This document shows positions 43,954 through 56,310 of a stretch of DNA of 64,000 nucleotides, in pieces (the stretch's first letter is position 1; each line of letters opens with the position of its first letter). The stretch comes from an uncultured delta proteobacterium. Its GTDB lineage: Bacteria > Desulfobacterota > Binatia > UBA9968. Where the stretch lies: contig CAVSHR010000006.1 of the NCBI GenBank assembly GCA_963727625.1, forward strand, positions 128,001-192,000, written 5' to 3'. The position numbers and the translations under genes were made by a program. The notes beneath the pieces are model-generated. The model was given only the letters and a program-made list of their open reading frames with translations. It ran no database searches and was not told the DNA's origin.

Positions 43954-44559
43954 TCAACGTTCGTTTAACAATCGACGCACGTCACCCAACACCAATTTTG
44001 GGTCGGGCGACGCACCGACGTACGCAATCCGCATGACTCCATTTTTGTCGACAATCGCGGTCAGCGGCGTGTGGTCAACCAAGCCCCGTGCCTTACGCTT
44101 CACCCCCACACCAAAATTTTTCCAGACCTTTACGAGCTCCGATTCGCTGCCGGTGAGAAATAACCAGTTATCGAAGTCGGCGGTATAGCGCGCGGCGTAC
44201 GCAGCTAAAATTCCTGGCGAATCGATCTCCGGATCGGTGGTCACGGTGAGCAACTGCACGCGACGATGCTCCGCTCTCGATAAACCGCTTTGCACCCGCC
44301 GCTCCGACGCCGTGATGAGAGGACAAACATCCGGACAACTGGTGTAGGCAAACGCCACGATCACAACTTTGCCGCGCAGATTGTTAAATTCAAAGCGCTG
44401 TCCAGCCTGATCCGTAGCCGCAAAATCGTTGATCTGGACCTGTGCTTCCCGGCGCTGCACCGGTAGCAGGTGGGGCTCATGCGCAAGCGCATTCCCAGCA
44501 CTCGTCAATAGAGCGGCCGCAAGAAAGGATCTAGTCCAATGAACAGCTTGGCGCTTCAT
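43954..44559 (-). CDS. SCO1/SenC copper chaperone
   Basis: YTSCPDVCP, TDPEID, FLTG, VDH. Confidence 0.9.
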   Translation of the reverse strand: MKRQAVHWTRSFLAAALLTSAGNALAHEPHLLPVQRREAQVQINDFAATDQAGQRFEFNNLRGKVVIVAFAYTSCPDVCPLITASERRVQSGLSRAEHRRVQLLTVTTDPEIDSPGILAAYAARYTADFDNWLFLTGSESELVKVWKNFGVGVKRKARGLVDHTPLTAIVDKNGVMRIAYVGASPDPKLVLGDVRRLLNER

Positions 44560-45000
44560 TTAGGTTTTGCTGTCGACGGCGTTTCGCTATAGTCGCTATA
44601 GTCCAGAACCGTTTCCCACGGTATACTACAATGTGCCACAACGAGTGCGTCGAAATTTTCCCACCAGGCCAGGTCTCTTCCCTCCCGGCTCAAAAAACGC
44701 ACCATTTGCACCATATCGGTGATCTTGGAAGGCTGCAGCACCGGACCGAAAGCGGGCATGACGCCCCTGCCTTCCGTAATCACGCGGCGGATTTGACCAA
44801 CGCTCTTGTACTGCACCGTGTCGCGAAAATCCGGTGGCTTAACGGGTAAGGCCACCGCGAGCGAGCCATCGCCGCGACCGCTGCTGCCATGACAGTTAAT
44901 ACAGCGCTGGGCATAAATCTTGTCCATTCTCTCGTTCCGCCCGCAGCCACCCAAGACGACAAGAATAAACAAAAATATTGCTAAACCGTCTCGATTAGTC
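44556..45000 (-). CDS. monoheme cytochrome c lipoprotein (start approximate)
   Basis: LGGC lipobox, CINCH, GRGDG, GVMPAF. Confidence 0.8.
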
Positions 45001-45118
45001 ACGCCTAGACAAGACCTACCACAGGGCCGGAGCACAACCAACTCCGGGGTTACGGCAGAAAATCGCATCTTGATCGCGAACCAGGTCAAGGTATAGAATC
45101 CGGGAACGTGACGCTGAC

Positions 45119-45493
45119 ATGAACCGCACTCAAAAAACGGCATATTCCAGATTTCGCCGTTTCGCGTACTTTATTTGTGCGTCCGTTTTTGTCTTTTTCC
45201 TGGCTTACTCCGCTCCCCATAGGGTCCATCACCTCTTCGACCAGTTCCCGGTGGCACACCATCATGGTGACCACGATCACTCCCAAGACCGCGATCATGA
45301 CAATCGCTCCAACGGCGATTCGAATTGCGTTTTTCAAGCTTCGGCCAGCCGTTGCCAACTGAGTCTGGCTGCGCCCATCGCGCCCCCTTCGCAATCCATC
45401 GTAGTGGTCACGGCCTCCATTCTAGGCGTAACGCGCGCTGCTTCTGTTTTTGTTCCCAACGCCTTTCACATCCGCGCTCCTCCGCTAGCATGA
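45119..45493 (+). CDS. DUF2946/CruR-like His-rich protein ending in RAPP
   Basis: Signal/TM segment, HRVHH, HHHGDHDH, Cys, C-terminal IRAPPLA. Confidence 0.65.
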   Translation: MNRTQKTAYSRFRRFAYFICASVFVFFLAYSAPHRVHHLFDQFPVAHHHGDHDHSQDRDHDNRSNGDSNCVFQASASRCQLSLAAPIAPPSQSIVVVTASILGVTRAASVFVPNAFHIRAPPLA

Positions 45494-45611
45494 TCCTAGT
45501 TCATACAAGTTTTCACAAAAAGCTGTCCAACGAGTCGGCGGGCCGCTAACTACGGCACGGCTTTGACCCGTGGGGGTTATGCACACAGCGTCATTGTAGA
45601 GGAGAGCAAAG

Positions 45612-46070
45612 ATGAATAAATCATATTGTAAAAATTCTTTAGGGCATATTTCTGCGCAAGCCATTATGGCTATGGCAATTGGAATAATTTTAACTGGAAG
45701 AACCGCTTTGGCTCAGGACAGCCATGATCACATGAAAGCCATGGTCATGCCCATGAAACATAGCGATAAGATGCCCCCAAAATCGGCCCTCAAACCGGCC
45801 CAGGGGGCCAGCGTCAAAATTATTTCCCCTAAACCGGGCCAAGTCATCAACGGAGACTCCGTGCCGCTCGAATTCCAGATGAAAAAAGGCAAGGTCGGCG
45901 AGCATGTTCACGCCTATGTCGATGGCGAAATGGCCGGCATGTTCAAAAGCGTCAAGGGAACCCTGACCGGTATCAAACCAGGCCAGCATACTCTTGAGCT
46001 TCGCGTCGCGACCAGCGACCACAACACCGAACTGGACGCGACCGACAAGGTTTCATTCAGAACCAAGTGA
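45612..46070 (+). CDS. secreted Met/His-rich putative metal-binding protein
   Basis: Signal peptide, HDHMKAMVMPMKH, HVHAYVDG, PGQHTL. Confidence 0.65.
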   Translation: MNKSYCKNSLGHISAQAIMAMAIGIILTGRTALAQDSHDHMKAMVMPMKHSDKMPPKSALKPAQGASVKIISPKPGQVINGDSVPLEFQMKKGKVGEHVHAYVDGEMAGMFKSVKGTLTGIKPGQHTLELRVATSDHNTELDATDKVSFRTK

Positions 46071-46514
46071 GCTTCTGTTCGTTTGATCGCCTTGCGAAAA
46101 ATCAACGCCGAGATCGGTCGATGGCGTGAGATGGGGATTCCTGCCGTGTCCTGCGTTTGCTCGCCGGTAAAGTTCGGCGCTTCGGTGCGGTAGCCCGGCA
46201 TGCGGCCGATCATTTGGCCGCAGATGGTAAACCACAGGCGGTTTGAGTCTTATTTTAATGAAATTTGCGCTAGGCATATCGTCTATTGAAATATTTCTAC
46301 AAGCACAACGACTCGACTCATTTGACGCTACTCGGAGGGCAATTTTGCGATCCTTACATGACTAAAAGCTCGGCCAAGGATCTTTTGCTCTTCGCTGCCC
46401 TCTTTATTTAGGCCCGCTCGTAATCGCCAGAGGCAGGAATCTGGCAGCCCGGTCGTTTTTATGGTTAATTAAAAATTGCACGGCGTGGGGTTTTCGGTCG
46501 TCTAACCGATAAGA

Positions 46515-46787
46515 ATGAAGAGTATGCAAAACTTTCGTCGATTGTGTTTGCTCGTTGGGCTTGTGACTCTGGGCCTGATGCTGCAGTCACGGTCACTTGA
46601 ATTCAGCCACGCGCAGGATTCGCTTTTCGGCTCGAAAAAACTCGTGCCGTTCGGTCCTTCGCCTAATGAGTTCGTCGACACGACGATTGAGCCGCCAGGC
46701 GTTAAGAAAGGCGATCTGGTTTATGAGCTGGGATCAGGTGACGGGCGCATAAACGAGCTTTGGTTCGTTCCGGCGAAAGCACCCTAG
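46515..46787 (+). pseudogene. truncated SAM-dependent methyltransferase
   Basis: VPF.PSP...VKKGDLVYELGSGDGRI then abrupt end. Confidence 0.6.
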
Positions 46788-46832
46788 ATCGCTCGTGTCC
46801 TCCCTCCCGGAAAGCTTGCTCTGAATAAACTG

Positions 46833-47726
46833 ATGCCCCAATTCGTAAAAAGATCCCTGCTATTTTGCGTGACCGCCTTCCTGTTAGCCATCCCGCCGCT
46901 GCTCTGGTTGGAAACGGCGCACCGAGATCGCGATGACAAACCGGTGCAGGTTTTGAACGAATATCTTAAATTTCTCTACGCGCGCGATTTTCGCCACGCT
47001 TACCAATTCATTTCCGCCGAGGATCGCCGGTTAAAATCTCAAAACGATTACGTGCGCGAGCGCGGTCCGTTTACCGGCTTCACTCTAGAGGTAGCGCGCA
47101 AGCTCTCCAGCCTGATTGAAGCGCGTCCGGTCGCCCAACAGCCGGATGGCAACCGGAGTCGCGTCCGTCTGGACTTAAAACTTCCCGACGCCAACGCGGT
47201 TTCCGGATTATTGCTCGATTGGGACGAGCAACGCCTCAATAGTTTGCCGGCGTCGCAGCAGCGAAAAATCCTTTCTGCCATTGACGCGCTGAGCCGTGAA
47301 AATAAATTGCCCATGGTCGAAGGCGAAGAGGAGTTTGTTCTGGTTCGAGAAAGTTCCCGCTGGAAAATCTACCTTAACTGGGCGGCCGGCGTGCGCGTCA
47401 ATTTTGCGACCACGCTTCCAGCCAATGGATTGCTCGCGGCGGCGCCGACGATTAAGGAAACCGTCGCCCGCTCCGGAGACCTATTCACGATCGGATTTAA
47501 AGTAACAAACCGCAGCCCGAGCGAGATCATCACAAGAATCGTGCACAGGATTGAACCCAAAGATTTGGCGCCCTATCTGGATCTGGTTGAATGCGCTCTG
47601 TTGCTGCCGGTGCGGCTGCGCCCCGGCGAAGAGCAAGTTTTCAACAGCACCTATGTCGTGCGTGGCGACCTGCCCGATGGCAGCAAAGCTTTCAATGTAA
47701 CCTATGAATTTCAAATCGTACGTTAA
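46833..47726 (+). CDS. membrane-anchored protein with C-terminal CtaG/Cox11-like domain
   Basis: N-term TM; C-term F.VTN, IEP..APYLDLVEC..PVRLRPGEEQ, VTYEF. Confidence 0.55.
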   Translation: MPQFVKRSLLFCVTAFLLAIPPLLWLETAHRDRDDKPVQVLNEYLKFLYARDFRHAYQFISAEDRRLKSQNDYVRERGPFTGFTLEVARKLSSLIEARPVAQQPDGNRSRVRLDLKLPDANAVSGLLLDWDEQRLNSLPASQQRKILSAIDALSRENKLPMVEGEEEFVLVRESSRWKIYLNWAAGVRVNFATTLPANGLLAAAPTIKETVARSGDLFTIGFKVTNRSPSEIITRIVHRIEPKDLAPYLDLVECALLLPVRLRPGEEQVFNSTYVVRGDLPDGSKAFNVTYEFQIVR

Positions 47727-48324
47727 TCGGCGAATTTTGATGGTTCTGCTCGGCGTCATCTTATTGCCGACGGCGGGCTTTGCGCATGTTCCGATACCGC
47801 CCAAAGAGCCCGGCGACATCGGCCGAAGGTTGGTCAATACACCGGTGTCCGGTTTCAGGCTTACCGATCAAGACGGCAAGCCGTTTCGCTTCGCCGCGGC
47901 GCGCGGCAAGCTGACCCTGGTTACTTTTGTCTTCACCGCCTGCCCCGATGTCTGTCCGCTGCTGACTGCCAAGTTCGCCGCGATCCAGAGGACGCTCGAT
48001 GCAAAGCAGGTCAATGACTATTTGCTGCTGACTATTACTACCGACCCCGAGCGCGATAGCGCAGCGGTATTGAAAGAATATGCCGGGCGCTTTAAGGCCG
48101 ACTTCCGGCACTGGTCTTTTCTAACCGGAACGCGCAGCGAGCTTGCCAAAGTCTGGAGAAATTTTCGGGTCAACGTCACTAAAACCCAGTCCGGGGACGT
48201 TAATCACACGACCTTGACGACTCTCATCGATCGTCAGGGCAAGCGGCGCGTCGATTATTATGGCGACAAATGGCAGGATAGGGAAGTTCTTAAAGATATC
48301 CAATGGCTCGCTACATCCCAATAA
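47704..48324 (+). CDS. SCO1/SenC copper chaperone
   Basis: FTACPDVCP, TDPERD, FLTG, VNH. Confidence 0.9.
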   Translation: MNFKSYVNRRILMVLLGVILLPTAGFAHVPIPPKEPGDIGRRLVNTPVSGFRLTDQDGKPFRFAAARGKLTLVTFVFTACPDVCPLLTAKFAAIQRTLDAKQVNDYLLLTITTDPERDSAAVLKEYAGRFKADFRHWSFLTGTRSELAKVWRNFRVNVTKTQSGDVNHTTLTTLIDRQGKRRVDYYGDKWQDREVLKDIQWLATSQ

Positions 48325-48887
48325 ACACCGGAAGAGTTGTATACGCGGTTGCCGCACTGGTATTCGTTTTCTGCATTATTGCGGCGTCGGCGATTGCGGC
48401 GGGGCGCGATCAGGGTGTGCTCGAGATCCAGGTCAAAGATCACCGCGAGGCCATCGGCGATTTCGCCAAGTTCGGCATCACCATTGACAAAATCTCGATC
48501 AGCCCAAAGCCCGGGCTGATGTTTTGGCAAACCGGCTGGGAAGATCTGATTCCATCGACTCCTACGGTAGATCTTACTCAATACGTCGGCAAAACAGCCC
48601 GAGTCTTTCACGCCGCGATCAAGGCCGGCGCGTTTGACGCCTTTCACGTAAAAATCAAGAGCATCGCCGCAGTGCTCAAGAAAAAACCGCGCAACGCGCC
48701 GGTCAAAAATACCTTGGGACCGGTAAAACTGTCCTTCGAGGTTCCCATCGAAGGCGAAACGGTTTTAATTCTCGATCTCGTCGTCACCGATTTTTCCGAC
48801 CATCCACCGCGCGGCTACGAACTAGGAATCAAGGGATACGAGCTCTACACTAACGGCAAACTGATTGATAAAGTTCCACCGGGATAA
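48303..48887 (+). CDS. secreted DUF4382-like protein
   Basis: Signal peptide, LEIQVKDH, TVDLT, ILDL. Confidence 0.5.
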   Translation: MARYIPINTGRVVYAVAALVFVFCIIAASAIAAGRDQGVLEIQVKDHREAIGDFAKFGITIDKISISPKPGLMFWQTGWEDLIPSTPTVDLTQYVGKTARVFHAAIKAGAFDAFHVKIKSIAAVLKKKPRNAPVKNTLGPVKLSFEVPIEGETVLILDLVVTDFSDHPPRGYELGIKGYELYTNGKLIDKVPPG

Positions 48888-49033
48888 ACGCCGGACCAAA
48901 TTGTTTAACCAGCCCGCTTAATCTCGCCGCACAACGCGGAGTCGAGATAAAGTTTGTCATGCTCGCAAAGCAAAAAGGCTCCGCAAGCAGATAACTTCCA
49001 GAGCCTTCAGGTAATATGAGCAGGGGAGCTTAG

Positions 49034-51511
<2,478 letters not shown>

Positions 51512-51585
51512 GGGCTGACCTCCAACGGCACAAAACCCCAAAATTAATCAATCTTGTATAACGAATACGAGGGGGGGATTCAACC

Positions 51586-51861
51586 TTACTCGTGTTCATT
51601 GAATCGATGGTCGATAAGCTTTTCGATCGCCCTAACGGCACGTTCGGCGTCTTCGCCGTTCGCGTCCACTTGAATTTTGCTGCCTTGAGGCGCAGCCAGG
51701 GTCAAGACTCCCATGATGCTCCGGCCGTCGGTCGTTTGGCCGTCTTTGGAGAAATTCACCTGGGCGGAGAACTTGTTGACCGTCTGCACCAATAAAGCGG
51801 CGGCGCGCGCGTGTAAACCGAGTTTATTTTTGATTTCCAGCTTCTTGACGACCTTGCTCAT
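51586..51861 (-). CDS. ptsH: HPr/NPr phosphocarrier
   Basis: GLHARAA, GRSIMGVL. Confidence 0.9.
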   Translation of the reverse strand: MSKVVKKLEIKNKLGLHARAAALLVQTVNKFSAQVNFSKDGQTTDGRSIMGVLTLAAPQGSKIQVDANGEDAERAVRAIEKLIDHRFNEHE

Positions 51862-51865
51862 GGTT

Positions 51866-52732
51866 TTATTTGTCCACGTCCCGATGTTTGGCATGTATCC
51901 AAAAGCCGCCGTCGCCGAATCTTTTTTTGAGCTCTTCGACCAAAACAACCGAACGGTGTCGGCCGCCCGTGCAGCCCAGCGCGAGGGTCAAACTGCTCTT
52001 CCCCTCGCGCTCATAAAGCGGCAAGGCAAATTCAAGAAGCGCGAATAGCCGTTCGAGAAAGGCCCGCGTCTCGGCATCGCCAAGTAAATAATCACGCACG
52101 GCCGAATCGAAGCCGCTTTGCTCGCGCAGTTCGTTGACGAAATAGGGATTCGGCAGAAACCGCACGTCGAGAATCATGTCGGCATCGTGAGGGATGCCGT
52201 ATTTGTAACCAAAAGAGGTAAAAAATAAAGCCATCCGGCGCGCCGCCGCAGTTTGGCAAAATTGCTGCTCCATTTCGCGCTTAAGCTGGTGCACGTTAAA
52301 ATCACTTGTATCAATCACCTTGTCGGCCAAGGCGCGGATCGGCGCCAAGGCCTTCCTCTCGCGCGAAATGCCGTCTTGGATCGAACCCTCGCTCGCGAGC
52401 GGATGCGGCCGGCGGGTTTCGCTGAAACGGCGCAACAACACATCATCGGACGCGTCGAAAAAAAGAACCTGAATGTGGTGGCCCGCGGCGCGCACCTCGG
52501 CAAGCACTTGGGGTAAGGCCTTCAAGAACTGGCCGCCACGCAGGTCGACGCCGAGCCCGATGCGCCGGATTTCTTCCTGATAGCCCCGGCAAAGATCGAT
52601 AAACTTCGGAATCAGTGGCGCGGGTAGATTGTCGACGCAAAAGTACCCGTTATCCTCGAGGGCGCGAATGGCGAAACTTCTCCCGGACCCCGAAAGACCG
52701 GTGATAATGATGATGTCCAAGCCGTCGGCCAT
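51866..52732 (-). CDS. rapZ: RNase adapter RapZ
   Basis: TGLSGSG, CVDNLP, ETRRPHPL, GCTGGRHRSV. Confidence 0.95.
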   Translation of the reverse strand: MADGLDIIIITGLSGSGRSFAIRALEDNGYFCVDNLPAPLIPKFIDLCRGYQEEIRRIGLGVDLRGGQFLKALPQVLAEVRAAGHHIQVLFFDASDDVLLRRFSETRRPHPLASEGSIQDGISRERKALAPIRALADKVIDTSDFNVHQLKREMEQQFCQTAAARRMALFFTSFGYKYGIPHDADMILDVRFLPNPYFVNELREQSGFDSAVRDYLLGDAETRAFLERLFALLEFALPLYEREGKSSLTLALGCTGGRHRSVVLVEELKKRFGDGGFWIHAKHRDVDK

Positions 52733-52738
52733 AGCCGT

Positions 52739-53200
52739 TCAAAACTTCTCATCCTCTTCGGCGATGATCGTATAGAGATCCTGCGCGGTTTCGCCGGCGA
52801 TCAAACGGCGGCGAAATTCTTCGTCTTTAAGCAGTCGAGAAATTCGCGCTAAGGCCTTCAGGTGGTCGGCTGCGGCGTTTTCCGGCGCGATCAAAGCGAA
52901 AAACAGATGCGTCGGCTCGCCGTCGAGGGAGGCAAAATCCACTCCCTCCGCGCTGCGCGCGAACGCTCCCAGCACGCGGTCCACCCCGGCGAGTTTGCCA
53001 TGCGGGATCGCGACTCCCTCGCCGATCGCGGTCGTGCTGATTTTTTCGCGCTCCTGGAGCACATCAAGCACGAGTTTTTTGTCTAATTGCGGGTGAGCGG
53101 AAGCCAACCAACCGGCGATTTCGTCGAGCACGGCGTTTTTCTCCCTACTTTTAAGCTCCGGAATGACGGATCGGACGGTGAGAAAATCGGTGATCTTCAC
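52739..53200 (-). CDS. ptsN: PTS EIIA-Ntr
   Basis: RE..STT.IG.GVAIPH, HLKALARISR. Confidence 0.92.
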   Translation of the reverse strand: MKITDFLTVRSVIPELKSREKNAVLDEIAGWLASAHPQLDKKLVLDVLQEREKISTTAIGEGVAIPHGKLAGVDRVLGAFARSAEGVDFASLDGEPTHLFFALIAPENAAADHLKALARISRLLKDEEFRRRLIAGETAQDLYTIIAEEDEKF

Positions 53201-53514
53201 GCGTTCGACCTTTTTCGCTTAAGCTTGGTTTTTTCTTTTTGTTTCTTGATCTGCCGCTCGATCTTGTCGATGGTCAAATCGATCGCCGCATATAAGTCTT
53301 GGTTCTCTTCTTTGCCGTGCAACGTTGCACCGTGGGCATGCAGTTCCACTTCGGCCAACTGGCATTCTCTCGATTCCACTGCGAGAATCACGTGGGCATC
53401 CAGCGGACGGGAAAAAAATTTGCCAATGCGGTGAAGTTTCTGCTCGACATACTGCTTCAAGGCCTCGGTCGGTTCAATATGCCGAAAAGTGACTGAAACT
53501 TTTATTTCGCTCAT
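53197..53514 (-). CDS. hpf: ribosome hibernation promoting factor
   Basis: VTFRH, TEALK.YV, DLYAAID..KIERQ. Confidence 0.92.
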   Translation of the reverse strand: MSEIKVSVTFRHIEPTEALKQYVEQKLHRIGKFFSRPLDAHVILAVESRECQLAEVELHAHGATLHGKEENQDLYAAIDLTIDKIERQIKKQKEKTKLKRKRSNA

Positions 53515-53536
53515 GAATGCTTCAGCTCCCTGAAAA

Positions 53537-55012
53537 TTATTTGCGCAGGAAAGGTTGGCGGCGCCTTGAAGAAGGAAGGATACCCATGGCCTCGCGATAT
53601 TTCGCCACGGTGCGCCGCGCGATATCGATGGAATCGATCGATAACATGGCGGCGATGTGTTGATCACTGTACGGCTTGCGCGGATCTTCGGCACCTATGA
53701 TGCCGCGAATTTTCTCTTTGACGCTTTCACTCGCCACATCCTCCCCGTTGCCGCCTTTGAGACCGCTCTGGAAAAAGAATTTGAGCTCGAAGAGCCCCTG
53801 GGGCGTGTGCACGTATTTGTTAGCGGTGGCGCGGCTCACGGTGGACTCATGCATGTGAATATCTTCGGCCACGTCGCGAAGCACCATCGGCTTGAGGTGG
53901 CTGACCCCGTGGTCGAGGAACTCCTGTTGGACCTTGAAGATGCTTTGCGTGACTCGAAAAAGTGTCTGTTGGCGCTGCTGGATGCTCTTGATCAACCAAG
54001 TCGCGGCGCGCACTTTTTCCTGCAAGTACTGCCGCGCTTGTTCTTCCTCCGCTCCCTCTTGGCCGGCCATGCGCCGATAGAGCGAGCTCACGCGCAGCCG
54101 CGGCACGCCGTCGTCGTTTAAATAAATGTGAAATTCGTCGCCGATTTTTTCGACGAAGACATCGGGCAGCACGGTGCGAACCTCATCCTGCTCGAAGCCG
54201 CGCGACGGTTTGGGCTCGAGGGACGCGATCAGGTGCGCCGCCTCGGCGATCTCGTCGATGGTAATGCCCAAATCCTTGGCCAACTTTTCGTATCTTTTCG
54301 ACTCGAGGAAACTTAGGTAATCGGCGACGATCTTCGCCGCCAGGCTGTCGATCAGTTGTAAGTTTTCCAGCTGAACCAGCAAGCATTCGCGCAGGCCGCG
54401 CGCGGCAACCCCGACCGGGTCGAAAAACTGAACGCGTTTTAGAACACTCTCGAACTCTTCCGGGCTGCTTTCCGTGGCGTTGCAGATCTCTTCGCCGCTG
54501 AGCGCCAGATAGCCATTTTCGTCGAGGTTCTGGATGATATACTGGCCGATTGCCGATTCTCGCTCAGTGATTTTGGAAAGACGCAACTGCCATATCAAAT
54601 GATCTTCCAAGGTGGTTTTCTTCGTCAGGCTGTTTTCCCATGACGGCGGCGAGTCGCCGTCTTCCGCCGTGGCTTCCGCCGTGAGCGAACCATGGATGGA
54701 ATTGGAATGGGTGTCGAGATATTCCTGCCAATCCAGCGTGCCGATCTTATCGACCGCCGAAAGCTCGCGGTTGACAACCAACTCTGCAGCATCGGGCGCG
54801 GCATTCTCTGGAATTTCGTTGCGCGGCTGCTCGCTGCTCTCGGCGTCTTCGCCAGGGCCTTCTTCCAAGGCGGGATTTTCCTGCAGCTCTTTTGACACCA
54901 TCTCTTCTAATTCGACGCGGGATAACTGCAATAGCTTGATCGCTTGCTGCAGCTGCGGCGTCATCACCAGTTGTTGGGCGAGCTTTTGAACCTGTCGGAT
55001 TTCGAGAGCCAT
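53537..55012 (-). CDS. rpoN: RNA polymerase sigma-54 factor
   Basis: QQLVMTPQLQQAIKLLQ, HESTVSR, RpoN box ARRTVAKYR. Confidence 0.98.
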   Translation of the reverse strand: MALEIRQVQKLAQQLVMTPQLQQAIKLLQLSRVELEEMVSKELQENPALEEGPGEDAESSEQPRNEIPENAAPDAAELVVNRELSAVDKIGTLDWQEYLDTHSNSIHGSLTAEATAEDGDSPPSWENSLTKKTTLEDHLIWQLRLSKITERESAIGQYIIQNLDENGYLALSGEEICNATESSPEEFESVLKRVQFFDPVGVAARGLRECLLVQLENLQLIDSLAAKIVADYLSFLESKRYEKLAKDLGITIDEIAEAAHLIASLEPKPSRGFEQDEVRTVLPDVFVEKIGDEFHIYLNDDGVPRLRVSSLYRRMAGQEGAEEEQARQYLQEKVRAATWLIKSIQQRQQTLFRVTQSIFKVQQEFLDHGVSHLKPMVLRDVAEDIHMHESTVSRATANKYVHTPQGLFELKFFFQSGLKGGNGEDVASESVKEKIRGIIGAEDPRKPYSDQHIAAMLSIDSIDIARRTVAKYREAMGILPSSRRRQPFLRK

Positions 55013-55014
55013 AA

Positions 55015-55737
55015 TTAAAACTTGAAGCCTTCTCCCAGGTAGAATTTGCGCGCTTTGGCGCTCGCGGCGATAGTTTCCGGCGTGCCCTCTTCCAGCACGA
55101 CCCCTTCATTGACGATGTAGGCCCGGTCGCAGATTCCAAGCGTTTCCCGAACATTATGGTCGGTGATCAGAATTCCGATGCCGCTGTTAATCAGCCGGCG
55201 CACAATTTTCTGAATCTCGGCCACGGCAATCGGGTCGATGCCGGTAAAAGGCTCGTCGAGCAGTAGGAAATAGGGCGACAGCACCAGCGCTCGGGCAATT
55301 TCGACTCTGCGGCGCTCGCCGCCGGATAGGGTGATCGCCTTATGGGTTGCCAGGTGGGTGACACCGAGCATTTTCATCAACGCGTCGCCCCGTTCTTGCT
55401 GCTCCGCGGCGCTCAGTTCGAGGGTCTGAAGAATCGCCCGTAAATTTTCCTCGACGGTGAGCTGACGAAAGACCGACGATTCTTGCGGCAAGTAACTGAT
55501 CCCGGCCCGCGCTCGCTCATGAATCGGCGCGCCGGTTAAATCCTCATCGTTCATGAGCACTTTCCCGTCGTCGGGCTGAATCAAACCGACCATCATATGA
55601 AACGTAGTAGTTTTGCCGGCGCCATTCGGACCGAGCAAGCCGACGACCTCGCCGCCCTTCACCTCCAAGTTGATTCCGTTCACCACGAGCCGACCGCCGT
55701 AGGATTTGGCCACCGACGCCGCTTTGAGGACGCTCAT
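55015..55737 (-). CDS. lptB: LPS export ABC ATPase
   Basis: GPNGAGKTT, LSGGERRRVEIAR, TDHNVRET. Confidence 0.96.
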   Translation of the reverse strand: MSVLKAASVAKSYGGRLVVNGINLEVKGGEVVGLLGPNGAGKTTTFHMMVGLIQPDDGKVLMNDEDLTGAPIHERARAGISYLPQESSVFRQLTVEENLRAILQTLELSAAEQQERGDALMKMLGVTHLATHKAITLSGGERRRVEIARALVLSPYFLLLDEPFTGIDPIAVAEIQKIVRRLINSGIGILITDHNVRETLGICDRAYIVNEGVVLEEGTPETIAASAKARKFYLGEGFKF

Positions 55738-56306
55738 TTTTCCTTGGCATCCTTTTGCTCCCCACCCTTGAGCTCATCCGGAAATATTGTCGCTTGCACG
55801 CGAACTTTGCCATCGCCTTCGGCGATCGCCTTATCCTTTTCCATGTAGTACACGACCTTGACGCCACTCACCTGATTGTTACCCTGGCGCATGACGGGAC
55901 TACCGGTAAGCGTGACGGTCTTGGATTGATCGTCGAAGACCAACTTGTTGGCCGTAGCGACGCGATTGCCCTGTGTCGCATTCACTTTGCCTTCGGCGAT
56001 GATCTGCTTCATTTGCTTCATCTCAGGGTCATAATAGGCGGTGAGAGTCTCGCTGCGCATCGTCATGTCATTTTGAATCGTGACAACCCGACCCTTGTAG
56101 GTGATGGTATTCTGGTTCTGGTCGACTTCCATCCAATCCGCGGTGATATAAATCGGATCCTTCCTGTTGAATTCGAACGCTGGAGGGCTCTTCTTCTCAT
56201 CTTTTTTAGCGTCCTCCTTAGCCGCCCCGGGGGCGTTGGCTGCCACCACCGGGCGGCAGAGAAAAGCCAAAACAAAAACTAGTGAGACGATCACTGCGCG
56301 CGCCAT
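55734..56306 (-). CDS. lptA: LPS transport periplasmic protein
   Basis: Signal peptide, PIYITAD, OstA-like repeats; upstream of lptB. Confidence 0.88.
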   Translation of the reverse strand: MARAVIVSLVFVLAFLCRPVVAANAPGAAKEDAKKDEKKSPPAFEFNRKDPIYITADWMEVDQNQNTITYKGRVVTIQNDMTMRSETLTAYYDPEMKQMKQIIAEGKVNATQGNRVATANKLVFDDQSKTVTLTGSPVMRQGNNQVSGVKVVYYMEKDKAIAEGDGKVRVQATIFPDELKGGEQKDAKEK

Positions 56307-56310
56307 CTTA

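Noticed and set aside
51512-51585. SAM/SAH riboswitch before metK-ahcY
   Set aside because: Intergenic gap is short and shows no recognisable aptamer.
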